Positions 53,953 to 62,960 of a stretch of 64,000 nucleotides of DNA are shown piece by piece; the stretch's first letter is position 1; each line of letters opens with the position of its first letter. Under the pieces are notes generated by a model. The model searched no databases and was not told the DNA's origin. It saw only the letters and a list, made by a program, of their open reading frames with translations. A program made the position numbers and the translations under genes. The stretch lies in IMG/VR virus record IMGVR_UViG_3300047470_000395, positions 32,001 through 96,000 of that record; one strand, given 5' to 3'. Source of the stretch: a virus.

Positions 53953-54622
53953 GATGCGCCCTCTCCCTCTCCTGCACGGTCTCGACCCGAACACCAACAA
54001 CTCTTCCTCTGTTTGCTGCGATGGTCAGCAGCATCTCCACCAGGTCGGCGGAGGACTCTCCCTCGGGCAAGACCTTCGCCAGCCGCTTCAAGGAACGGTG
54101 TTGAAGAGTACGCACTGCACTCTCGGTCTTTCCCATGATCTGCGCAGTATGCGCAGGAGTGCACCCATCAAAAAATCGGAGCTGCAGGCATTTACGTTGG
54201 TCGGGCTTCAATTCGTTCATGCCCTGGGCGATGGCCTCGGCGACCTGCTTCTGCTCCACCTGCTGCGCTACGGATGCTCCCGGCCGCGGCCGGTCCAGCA
54301 TCAGGTCGTCGGCCTGCAGAACCTCGGTGGGCCGGCGCTGCTCCTTGCGCAGGTAGTCGACGGCGGTGTTGCGCGTGATGGTCGCGAGCCACGCCATGGG
54401 CTTCGTGCCCGGCTGGTATCGCGCCACGTTTTGCGCGACCTTGATCCAGACCTCTTGCGCGAGGTCCTCGGAGATGTGCGGGTCGCGGACGTACTGGCGG
54501 ACCCAGTTGTGGACCACGGAGTGCAGTCGCATGTAGAGCTCGCTGATGGCCTCGGGCGCCTTGGCGCCGCCTGTGGCTGCACGTGCCATGAGCTGGTCAA
54601 CGGTTACGGATCTGTCAGTCAC
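53936..54622 (-). CDS. ECF sigma factor, BldN-like
   Basis: SEDLAQEVWIK, AWLATITRNTAVDYLRK (region 2); QRKCLQLRFFDG...TAQIMGKTESAVRTLQHRSLKRLAKVLP (region 4). Confidence 0.88.
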   Translation of the reverse strand: MTDRSVTVDQLMARAATGGAKAPEAISELYMRLHSVVHNWVRQYVRDPHISEDLAQEVWIKVAQNVARYQPGTKPMAWLATITRNTAVDYLRKEQRRPTEVLQADDLMLDRPRPGASVAQQVEQKQVAEAIAQGMNELKPDQRKCLQLRFFDGCTPAHTAQIMGKTESAVRTLQHRSLKRLAKVLPEGESSADLVEMLLTIAANRGRVVGVRVETVQERERAHHVRTR

Positions 54623-54872
54623 GGCGTGATGTCCCCCCATGTGCCGGCTGGGCGCCCGATGTGCGGGTCCGAGGACTCAGAACACCCAACCCGGTACAGG
54701 AGGATCATCTTCCGCTGTGGCGCTCAGGAAGCATAACCGGCCATTCTCCGGGCGTCACCGTACGACTGTGCGATGTTCGATTGCCCTGGGCTTACTGTAA
54801 TCTCGCCGTTGCAGGCGAGCGTCGCGGAGAGCACCGCGGCGAGCGCCAGACCTGAAGAGAAGGAGCACCCCC

Positions 54873-55136
54873 GTGATGACGTCGACGCCCGCGGTTGACC
54901 AGCCGTCCCACATCGACATGGCCCTGATGCGGTTCCCCCACCAGCAGTGGATCCCGGCGCCGGCCGCGGCCACGCACGTGGAGAACGTGGGGCTGCCTCG
55001 TGAAATCCTGCGGCTGGTGATCCGTACCGGCAAACGCCGTGGTGTCCTACGTATCAAGCGCGTGCCCGACCACGTCGGCTTCTACGTGATGAGGGTCTCC
55101 AAGATGCGCCCCGATGAGGTCACGGCCACGGCCTGA
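54873..55136 (+). CDS. Small hypothetical protein divergent from the sigma gene
   Basis: AAGGAG RBS, 87 aa. Confidence 0.55.
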   Translation: MMTSTPAVDQPSHIDMALMRFPHQQWIPAPAAATHVENVGLPREILRLVIRTGKRRGVLRIKRVPDHVGFYVMRVSKMRPDEVTATA

Positions 55137-55145
55137 CTGATTCTT

Positions 55146-55255
55146 TGGATAACGGGCCTGGGCGCCCCTCCCTCCTTGCCAGCCGCGCCGTGAGGCGCGT
55201 GGGCTGCGCGCGCGAAAAGCACCTAGGAGGAGGGGGCGCCCAGGCCCGTTATCCA
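55146..55255. repeat. Long inverted repeat (31-bp arms)
   Basis: TGGATAACGGGCCTGGGCGCCCC... / ...GGGGCGCCCAGGCCCGTTATCCA. Confidence 0.8.
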
Positions 55256-55316
55256 GGCTCCCCCAGGCGGTAGTAGCTTGGCACCTCCGACCGACTTCGT
55301 GGGTAGGAGCCACACT

Positions 55317-55844
55317 GTGTCTGACCCGTTCGCCGTGCTCGCAGATCCGCTCTTTCAGCAGATCGACCAGGCCCGCGCAGCAGGTGACGAGTGCGCCGCG
55401 GCCGCGGCCCTCGAGGAGCTGCTCGCCCTGTACGTGCGGCTCGGCAGACGCGAGCTGGGCACGGTCGCCGAGCAGAACGACTACATCGTCGCCCGGCACC
55501 TCGGCTTCGTGCCCGAGGCCCTGCAGCGTCTGGGCGTGACGCCTGCCGATCTCCCGGAGCCTCCCGGCCGCCGGCGTCCCCCTCCCCCGCCCTCGGCCCC
55601 GGCCGTCGTGGAAACGACCGAGATCGCCGAACGCTTCGCCCGCATCGGTGCCGCCGGCGACGGGCCGCCAGAGCGTTTCGGCGTCGCCTTCCGGCCGCAG
55701 GACAACGTCGTGCGGAAGGGGCGCCTGCAGCCCTTCGCCGTGGTCGACACGGACGAGGACGGCCTGCCCGTCGCCTGGTACGACACCAGCGAGTGGGCCG
55801 AGGTCGTCGCGGACACCGCCAACCGGCTCCGCCTGCCCGACTGA
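55317..55844 (+). CDS. Hypothetical protein
   Basis: AGGAG RBS, GTG start. Confidence 0.65.
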   Translation: MSDPFAVLADPLFQQIDQARAAGDECAAAAALEELLALYVRLGRRELGTVAEQNDYIVARHLGFVPEALQRLGVTPADLPEPPGRRRPPPPPSAPAVVETTEIAERFARIGAAGDGPPERFGVAFRPQDNVVRKGRLQPFAVVDTDEDGLPVAWYDTSEWAEVVADTANRLRLPD

Positions 55845-55894
55845 CCGCCCGCCCCGGAACTCTCCAGGGCGGGCGACGTCGTTCACGGGCCGGG

Positions 55895-57025
55895 TCAGCA
55901 AGGCTGCGGCACCCGGGCGCACGCCGGGCACAGGTCGCCCTCGGCCTCGACGGGGCGGCCGCACGCCCCCTGCATGCCCTCGCACTCGTACCGGCGCCGG
56001 ACCACCGCGTCGCTGCCCGCGGTGTACTGGCGGGGCATCGGGGTCTCGCGGTCCTGGTAGTCGGCGCTGCCGTCGCCCCAGGTTCGCCGCGGGCCGGGCA
56101 CGGGCGTGACGAGGAGCTCGCGCAACCGCCCCGCGATCACGGCGCCTACCGTCTTCTGCAGCGGGTCGGGCAGGGGGCGGGCCAGCCACGGCCACAGCGT
56201 CTTGACGTCCCACCCGAGGCGGAACAGCTCGTCGACGACCATGCCCTGATCGGCCAGCACCTTGCCAGCGAGCACCAGCTCCGGCAGCTCCTGCCCGAGG
56301 GCCTGGAGGAACCGCACTCCCTCGGTCAGTTCGATCTCTGCCCGGGGGGACTTCTTGCCGTCCGTCCCTCCCTCCGTTCCGGGGGCAGCCGTGGAACCTA
56401 CGGAGGGATGGACGGTTCCCTGATGGTTCTGTGGTGGATCACTGACGGTTAGGGGCTCAACCTGACCCGACCCCGGGCTCAACTTGGGGGGGAGGTCGGG
56501 CTCATCTTGATCCGGGGTCGGGCTCATCTTGAGCTCAGGGTCGGGCTCATCTTGACCCCTCAGCAGGTCAGAGGGGGTGTCGGGGTTGTCCACAGGGTCG
56601 GGCTCATCTTGAGCCATCACCTGGTCAGCGCCCTGTGCGGCGCCCTTCGCCGCCTTCCGCTTCTTCTGCGGCAGGGGGGCGTCGGCGTCGAAAGTGATCC
56701 GCTCGATGACGTTGTCGTCGTAGTCCGTGGGCTTGCGCTTCATCTGGGCCAGGAGCTCGAGGTTCACGCGCGTCAGGTTGGTGATGGGCTCGCCCGTCTT
56801 CGGGTCGAGGCGCCGCTGGGAGGCGATCAGCCTCTTCTCCACCAGCTTCTTCTTCACGCGCTTGACCGTGGCCGGGGACGTCCCGCAGTCGTCGGCAAGG
56901 CGCTGCTGGCCCGGCCAGCAGTACCCGTGATCGTCGGTCCTGTTGCAGTACGCGATCAGGAGCAGCTTCTCGGGTCCGTCCAGGCCTTCGGCCTCAAGCA
57001 CCATGGAGATGTGCTTGATGGTCAC
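55895..57025 (-). CDS. Replication initiator with N-terminal HTH_36-like domain and C-terminal Zn finger
   Basis: EKLLLIAYCNRTDDHGYCWPGQQRLADDCGTS...VKR; CEG...CGRP...CPAC; internal iterons. Confidence 0.8.
   Translation of the reverse strand: MTIKHISMVLEAEGLDGPEKLLLIAYCNRTDDHGYCWPGQQRLADDCGTSPATVKRVKKKLVEKRLIASQRRLDPKTGEPITNLTRVNLELLAQMKRKPTDYDDNVIERITFDADAPLPQKKRKAAKGAAQGADQVMAQDEPDPVDNPDTPSDLLRGQDEPDPELKMSPTPDQDEPDLPPKLSPGSGQVEPLTVSDPPQNHQGTVHPSVGSTAAPGTEGGTDGKKSPRAEIELTEGVRFLQALGQELPELVLAGKVLADQGMVVDELFRLGWDVKTLWPWLARPLPDPLQKTVGAVIAGRLRELLVTPVPGPRRTWGDGSADYQDRETPMPRQYTAGSDAVVRRRYECEGMQGACGRPVEAEGDLCPACARVPQPC
56453..56612. repeat. Iteron array with DnaA box (putative origin)
   Basis: GGTCGGGCTCATCTTGA x4 (56494, 56516, 56539, 56596) plus two degenerate copies (56453, 56475); TTGTCCACA at 56586-56594. 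Confidence 0.8.
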
Positions 57026-57315
57026 GCCTGACCCCCCTGGGCGCCGTCGCGGTCGAGGGTCACGCGGTAGGCCGAGCAGACGCCGGCGACGTCGCGATGA
57101 GCGATCCGCTCGAGGAGGCGCTCCTCGCGGAGCCGTCGGACCACCCGGTTGACGGTGGTCGGGCTCGTGTTGGTGCGCTGGGCGAGGTTGGCGACGCTCG
57201 TGAAGGCCATGCCGTCGGCGTCGGCGAACTGGGCGAGCTGAATCAGCACCAGGCGCTCGACGGGGCGGAGGTCGGCGGGCGTGTCCAGTGCGAGGCCGAC
57301 GTGGGTGATGCTCAT
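57022..57315 (-). CDS. Small HTH_36-like protein, paralogous to the initiator N-terminus
   Basis: LRPVERLVLIQLAQFADADGMAFTSVANLAQRTNTSPTTVNRVVRRL; GTGA overlap. Confidence 0.75.
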   Translation of the reverse strand: MSITHVGLALDTPADLRPVERLVLIQLAQFADADGMAFTSVANLAQRTNTSPTTVNRVVRRLREERLLERIAHRDVAGVCSAYRVTLDRDGAQGGQA

Positions 57316-57572
57316 GGGATCTCTCTCTATTGGACAGAGAGGGAGGAACTGGGGCACCGCGGGTATCACAGACTGGCGAGGAACGATGGGGTCCGCGCCG
57401 AGCTGCCTGTATGCTCGATGCCAAGCAGTCCCTACCCCCTTTGGCGAGGACCGGGTAGGAAGTTGGGGCGTCAACCGGGCCAGGTTGATGCCCCTTCTGC
57501 GTGTCTGCCGCTACTTTCGGTGTTGGCGATCACACCTTACACCTGCGTCATCCGAACGGTAGGATGGTTGGC

Positions 57573-57803
57573 ATGACGACACCGAAGACGCCGGCCAGGA
57601 GCAAGGTCAGCATTACGTTGCCCTATGACCTCGAGCAGCGCGCGAAGGCGGCGGGCGGTAACAACTTCTCCGCCTTTGTGGAGCAGGCGCTCGAGGAAAA
57701 GCTCGTGGCTGACGGCATGTTGGAGTACCAGCGGCTCCGCCACAGCGACCCACTCGACGACGTCTTCGAGGCGCTCGAGGCCGACCTCGGGGAAGCCGCG
57801 TGA
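57573..57803 (+). CDS. Antitoxin (ribbon-helix-helix, CcdA/CopG-like), probably leaderless
   Basis: KVSITLP...NFSAFVEQAL; TAGGAT -10 at 57560-57565, 7 nt before ATG. Confidence 0.7.
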   Translation: MTTPKTPARSKVSITLPYDLEQRAKAAGGNNFSAFVEQALEEKLVADGMLEYQRLRHSDPLDDVFEALEADLGEAA

Positions 57804-58117
57804 CCGAGATCCAGCGGGGGGCGGTGTGGCGTGTGCCCACCGTGGGCCGGGACCGGACCGTCCTGGTCATCGAGAACAACGCCGTGATCCGGCTGCACCC
57901 GGGCGGCATCCTGTGCGCCGTCATCCAGGAAGCCGAGGACGCGAGGGACACCCTGGTCACTGTTCCCATCGAGCATCCAGTGCGCGGCGTCGTCATGGCC
58001 CCCGACATCGCCGCCTTCCGGCCTCAACGCTTCGAACAGGGCAAGTTCGAGGGCTACATCTCGGCCGCGGACATGGAGCGCGTTGAGCGCGCCGTCCGTG
58101 CGGTGCTCGACCTGTAG
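57800..58117 (+). CDS. PemK/MazF-like toxin
   Basis: IQRGAVWRV...RTVLVIEN...MERVERAVRAVLDL; GTGA overlap with the antitoxin. Confidence 0.75.
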   Translation: MTEIQRGAVWRVPTVGRDRTVLVIENNAVIRLHPGGILCAVIQEAEDARDTLVTVPIEHPVRGVVMAPDIAAFRPQRFEQGKFEGYISAADMERVERAVRAVLDL

Positions 58118-58164
58118 GCCCGAGCTCTTCGCGCGCCCCCCGCCAACTCCGGCCGGGGGTGTTG

Positions 58165-58614
58165 TCATGCCGGGACCGCGGCCCAGGTGACCCGGCCGCC
58201 GTGGTCGCCCGCGTACTGCCCCACCTCGGACGCGACGCGGCGCACCAGGTACAGGCCCGGCTCCTCCTCCGACGCGGGCAGGGTGCGGTCCATGTCTCCC
58301 ACGGACACCGTGACGTGGGCCCCGTCGAACGCGATGGCGCACACCAGGTCGATGCCTGCCCTGTGACGGGCGGTGACGTCTACCAACTCCGTAAGGACAG
58401 CCTGGACGGCTGCACACGTCTCCTCAGCACCGGGCGTCCCGCCCAAGAAGCGAGGCAGCGACATCGCCACCACCGCGCCGGCCTGCTTCATCGCCTCAAC
58501 GGGCGTCGCTTCCGGCCCGATGACGAAGTCAACACGGCTTTCCACGGCGCTAGCCCACGGGGCCAACGGGGTCCCGTGTACCGGCAGTGCGCGTTCCGGA
58601 TGCGAAGTCGTCAT
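58165..58614 (-). CDS. HATPase_c-like ATP-binding / anti-sigma-type regulator (degenerate)
   Basis: VLTELVDV, VSVGD, GLYLVRRVA...GRVTWA. Confidence 0.65.
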   Translation of the reverse strand: MTTSHPERALPVHGTPLAPWASAVESRVDFVIGPEATPVEAMKQAGAVVAMSLPRFLGGTPGAEETCAAVQAVLTELVDVTARHRAGIDLVCAIAFDGAHVTVSVGDMDRTLPASEEEPGLYLVRRVASEVGQYAGDHGGRVTWAAVPA

Positions 58615-58821
58615 TCCTGTCCGTCCCGTTGTGGGCGACCATGTTCGAACCTTCGTTCGAAACCCATCATGCCGGAAGAGGTGTCGATGCGCTCCTGTGA
58701 AAAGGCAGCGTCGGCCCCGCTCGTTCCGGATCCATCTCAGTTGCTACTGTCTGCGTAACCATTACTCAACCCTGTGCCACAGTCAACTGATGTTGATGGC
58801 AGAAACGAGAGGAACGGCACC

Positions 58822-59451
58822 GTGACCGATGCAGACGCGACACCGACACACCGGGCAGCCGCCGACGCAGGCGCCGCTCTCGGGGGCTCGTTCGCCGACC
58901 GGCTCGACTACCTGTGCAGGAACGACCCGCGAGGGCCGTTCAGCAACGACCAGGTGGCCGCGATGCTGGCGGAAGCGAACTTGCCCACGGCTTCCGGGAC
59001 GTACGTCTGGCAGCTAAGAAGCGGCCGCCGAGATAACCCCACCAAGCACCACATCGAAGGCTTCGCCAGGCTGTTCGGCGTACCGGTGACGTACTTCTTC
59101 GAGGACACCACCGCGCAAGCCGTGAACAAGCTCCTGGCCATGCTCAACGACCTCAAAGCGAAACAGGGAGTCACACCGGAGCAGCTTCATACCCAACTCG
59201 AGTCGCTGAGCCGCCTCCTGGAATCCGGCGTCACCGCGGAGGAGGTCATTACCCAGCTCGAGACCCTGAACCGGCTCAATGAGGCGGGCGTCACCCTGGA
59301 TACCTTGAACCGTTTCGAGGACGCGGGCGTCACAAACATCGCGATGCGCGCCGTCGGCCTCTCCGAACAAGGCCTCATCGCCGCCGCGGCCATGCTCGAC
59401 CAGGTCCGTCGTCTCGAAGGACTGCCCGAGTCCAAGCATGATCAGCCCTGA
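58822..59451 (+). CDS. EspR-like XRE HTH regulator with internal repeat insertion
   Basis: FADRLDYL...YVWQLRSGRRDNPT...LFGVPVTYFF...GVTNIAMRAVGLS...VRRLEGL. Confidence 0.8.
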   Translation: MTDADATPTHRAAADAGAALGGSFADRLDYLCRNDPRGPFSNDQVAAMLAEANLPTASGTYVWQLRSGRRDNPTKHHIEGFARLFGVPVTYFFEDTTAQAVNKLLAMLNDLKAKQGVTPEQLHTQLESLSRLLESGVTAEEVITQLETLNRLNEAGVTLDTLNRFEDAGVTNIAMRAVGLSEQGLIAAAAMLDQVRRLEGLPESKHDQP

Positions 59452-59494
59452 ACCCACCGTGGCCTCTGCCGCACAACCCTCGGGGAGACCGTCC

Positions 59495-60037
59495 ATGCTG
59501 CGCCGCCGCCGTCGACACAACGACGACACCAGCGACCCCGTACGCCGAAACTGCCGTGACTTCGTCCGCGGCCTGCAGCTCCCTGCCGCCGCCAACGTCC
59601 GGGAACTGCGGCCGTTCATGGAGAAGCACATCGGCCAGCCGATACGCCTCCAGCCCGCCGAGGTCGGCGAGTCCGTCCCCTGCGGCATGTGGATCTCCAC
59701 CAGCACGGTGAGTTACATCTTCTTCGACCCAGAGACCAGCCCGGCACACCAAGACCACATCATCGGGCACGAATTCGCCCACATGCTCAAGGGCCACCGC
59801 GGTTCAACAACGCTGCCCAGGCCCGCCGCCGGCGGGCTTCTCGGTCTCCTCGACCCCGCGCTGGTCAAGTCCGTCCTGGGCCGCACTGACTACACCGAGC
59901 ACGACGAGCAGGAAGCCGAGATGGTCGGCTCCTTCCTCAAGGCACACACCAACTCCTACCGCCCTCCGGCCCGGAGCGAACAGGCGGACCGCATCACGCG
60001 CACACTGCTGCGCGGCACACCCCAAGAGAGACCGTGA
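59495..60037 (+). CDS. ImmA/IrrE-like HExxH metallopeptidase
   Basis: PCGMW...HQDHIIGHEFAHML...EQEAE. Confidence 0.75.
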   Translation: MLRRRRRHNDDTSDPVRRNCRDFVRGLQLPAAANVRELRPFMEKHIGQPIRLQPAEVGESVPCGMWISTSTVSYIFFDPETSPAHQDHIIGHEFAHMLKGHRGSTTLPRPAAGGLLGLLDPALVKSVLGRTDYTEHDEQEAEMVGSFLKAHTNSYRPPARSEQADRITRTLLRGTPQERP

Positions 60038-61242
60038 AAGACATCCTGCACCCCCTGTGCCTGGTCATCGCCAGCGCGGGCTTCCTCGTCCTCCTGCGAG
60101 ACCTCAAGCGTGACCGGCGCGACCGCGCCCTGGTCGCTCTCGCCGCATCGTTTCTGACCTCCGCCCTCAGCTACGCGGTGTCCATCACATGGGTGTGGGT
60201 GCGTGTCGACCAATTCTTCGGAGTCCCGAACATCGTCGTGCCGATAGCCCAGAGTTTCGTGATTCTGGTGCTGGCACTCCAGAGCAGCGTCCTCGCGTAC
60301 TGGTCGAAACCGCCAGAGGAGGCCAGCCGCCGCTCCCGCCACCTGCTCATCACCGGCGCGGTCGTGATCGTCGGCATGACGGTGCTGTTCGTCCTGCTCA
60401 CCCCGGCCACCCAGCGGCCAGTCGGTTTCGCGAACTACTACGCCCATGACCCCGCGTACCAGGCGTATGCGCTGCTCTACTTCGGCACGTACACGGTCGC
60501 TGAAATCTACCTGGCCCGCGCCTGCTGGAAGTACGCCCGCGAAGTCAGCGACCCGTGGATCAGCCGGGGCCTGCGCCTCGTCACCGTCGGCGCCCTCATC
60601 ACCCTCGGCTACAGCGGAATCCGCATCGCCGCCGTCGTCGGCGCCAGCGCCGGATTCAGCGTTGATCAACTCAACGACTTCGCTTGGGCCTGCGGCGACA
60701 TCGGCGCCACCCTCACCCAAGTCGGCTACTTCATACCCATCGTCGCCACCCGCACCACGGCCACCATCGCGTGGCACCTGGAACACCACCGGTACCAGCG
60801 CCTTGAAAACCTGTGGCAGGCCATGGCGGACGCCGAGCCGAGCATCGTCCTAGAGCAGCCCATCGACGCCTCCGAAGCACGGCGCCAACGCCGCTCCGTC
60901 GCCTTCGAGCTGTACCGGCGAACCGTCGAGATCCGTGACGGGCAGATCGAGCTCCGCCCCTACCTCGACCCGGCTGCCCGTGAGGAAGCCGAGCGCCGCC
61001 GCCGCGCCTGGTGGCGCTCGAGCGCGCAGTTCGCCGCGGCAGTGACCGCGGACCAGATCCACGCCGCACTCGTCCAGAAGCAGCACGCGACGGTAGACGA
61101 ACCGGCTTCCTACGCTGACGCGAACCTGAACACCTCCACCACCAGGAAAGAGCTTCGCCACCTCGCCCGCGTGGCGGCCTACTTCACCCCGCCGGCCGCA
61201 CGCGAGTCGAAGCCGCAAAGCGCCACAGGAGCCCGTACTTGA
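60034..61242 (+). CDS. MAB_1171c-family multi-TM protein
   Basis: About 7 TM segments, then LENLWQAM...LYRRTVEIRDG. Confidence 0.75.
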   Translation: MKDILHPLCLVIASAGFLVLLRDLKRDRRDRALVALAASFLTSALSYAVSITWVWVRVDQFFGVPNIVVPIAQSFVILVLALQSSVLAYWSKPPEEASRRSRHLLITGAVVIVGMTVLFVLLTPATQRPVGFANYYAHDPAYQAYALLYFGTYTVAEIYLARACWKYAREVSDPWISRGLRLVTVGALITLGYSGIRIAAVVGASAGFSVDQLNDFAWACGDIGATLTQVGYFIPIVATRTTATIAWHLEHHRYQRLENLWQAMADAEPSIVLEQPIDASEARRQRRSVAFELYRRTVEIRDGQIELRPYLDPAAREEAERRRRAWWRSSAQFAAAVTADQIHAALVQKQHATVDEPASYADANLNTSTTRKELRHLARVAAYFTPPAARESKPQSATGART

Positions 61243-62822
61243 ACCGCCGCACCCTGCTTGCTGCCGCCGCGACGACCGTCGCCGCGGCCTCCCTGCCGAA
61301 CATGGCACACGCCGCCGACGCGACAGACGCGACCAGCGCAAAGGACGTCATGAGCACCACCGCGCCCTACCAGTCCTCCGCACGCGCACAACTCAAGGCG
61401 CTGCGCTATCGGCAGATCACCGCCCGCTCGCTGCTCGACCAGACGCTCGCGCACCTGGCGCAAGTCAATCCCGACCTCAACGCCGTGGTGACGCTCGACA
61501 TCGACGGCGCCCGAGCAGCGGCCGACGCCGCCGACCGTCACCTCGAGACCACCGGCACCACCCTCGGCCCTCTCCACGGCCTGCCCATCACCGTCAAGGA
61601 CGCCCTCGAGACCAAGGGCATGCGCACCACCTGTGGGTCCACCAGCCTGACCGACCACGTCCCCGACCAGGACGCCGACGTCGTCGCCCTGCTGCGCGCG
61701 GCCGGCGCCATCATCATCGGCAAGACCAACGTGCCGACCATGTGCCAGGACATCCAGACGTCGAACCCGATCTTCGGCAAGACGAAGAACCCGTTCGACG
61801 CGTCCAAGACCCCAGGCGGCTCCTCCGGCGGCCCGGCCGTGGCTGTCGCCGCGGGCCTCACCGCGCTGGAAGTCGGCTCCGACCTCGCCGGGTCCCTGCG
61901 CCTCCCGGCCGCGTACTGCGGCGTCTACGCCCTGCGCACGTCCCGCGGTGCCGCGCCGATCGTGCCGACCCGCGGCCACATCCCGCGGCCGCCGGGCTGG
62001 CTCACCAGCTCCGACATGATCACCCTTGGCCCGATCGCCCGCACGGCCGCGGACCTTGACGTCCTCCTGGACGTAATCGCCGCCCCGGCCCCGGCCGATG
62101 GCGCCGCCTGGAGGATCGACCTCCCGGCACCGAAGTTCACCAGCCTGAGCCAGTACCGCGTCGGTATATGGGCAGATGACGACTACTGCCGGGTCGACTC
62201 CGCCACCCGTGACCTCCTCGACCAGGTCGCCCGGCTCGTCCGCGGCGCCGGCGCCACCGTCGACGACAGCTCCCGGCCCGTCGACTTCGCCGCTAGCGAC
62301 AAGCTGTTCCAGCGCCTGATGTACGCCACGGCGTCCGCGTCCGCGAGCGACGAGTCGTTCGCTGCCGACGTCAAGGCGGCCGATGGGCTCGCCGACGACG
62401 ACCCCAGCGCCCTTTACCTCAAGTCCCGCACCATGCGGCATCGTGATTGGGCGCGCGCCGACGAGGACCGGCAGAAGCTCCGCGGTAAGTGGGCCGACTA
62501 CTTCGCCGAGCACGACATCCTCATCACGCCGGCGGCGCCGACCGCGGCCGTCGACGACCAGACGTCCGTCCCATCGCCCCAGCGGTACATCACCGTCGAC
62601 GGCGAAAAGCGCTCGTTCTTCGATCAGACGAGCTGGATCAACCTCGCTGGGCCCGTCGGACTGCCCTCGATCGTGGTCCCGGCCGGGACCACGGAGAACG
62701 GCCTGCCGCTCGCCATCCAGATCATCGGCCCGTACCTGTCCGACCGAACCCTGATCGCCGCCGCCCAGCAGCTCGCCCGCATCCTCCCGGCCCCTGCCAC
62801 CCCGCCCGCATTCACCGCCTAA
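61239..62822 (+). CDS. Amidase-signature family enzyme with Tat signal
   Basis: NRRTLL...AHA Tat signal; GPLHGLPITVKD, PGGSSGG, GSDLAGSLRLPA. Confidence 0.9.
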   Translation: MNRRTLLAAAATTVAAASLPNMAHAADATDATSAKDVMSTTAPYQSSARAQLKALRYRQITARSLLDQTLAHLAQVNPDLNAVVTLDIDGARAAADAADRHLETTGTTLGPLHGLPITVKDALETKGMRTTCGSTSLTDHVPDQDADVVALLRAAGAIIIGKTNVPTMCQDIQTSNPIFGKTKNPFDASKTPGGSSGGPAVAVAAGLTALEVGSDLAGSLRLPAAYCGVYALRTSRGAAPIVPTRGHIPRPPGWLTSSDMITLGPIARTAADLDVLLDVIAAPAPADGAAWRIDLPAPKFTSLSQYRVGIWADDDYCRVDSATRDLLDQVARLVRGAGATVDDSSRPVDFAASDKLFQRLMYATASASASDESFAADVKAADGLADDDPSALYLKSRTMRHRDWARADEDRQKLRGKWADYFAEHDILITPAAPTAAVDDQTSVPSPQRYITVDGEKRSFFDQTSWINLAGPVGLPSIVVPAGTTENGLPLAIQIIGPYLSDRTLIAAAQQLARILPAPATPPAFTA

Positions 62823-62823
62823 C

Positions 62824-62851
62824 CAAGATCATTCTTGCCCAATTGGGCAAG
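62824..62851. repeat. 28-bp palindromic motif copy 5, upstream of parA
   Basis: CAAGATCATT-CTTGCCCAATTGGGCAAG (one substitution in the flank). Confidence 0.85.
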
Positions 62852-62855
62852 CCCC

Positions 62856-62886
62856 AGGGCCCCGTACGGGTGACGTACGGGGCCCT
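62856..62886 (+). terminator. Hairpin after the amidase gene
   Basis: AGGGCCCCGTACG-GGTGA-CGTACGGGGCCCT. Confidence 0.7.
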
Positions 62887-62960
62887 ATCACGTACCGGAC
62901 CCGGTACCGATACGGGAGCGCTGCCAGAAACGGGGCGACGGTCTGACTATCGTCCCTCCC

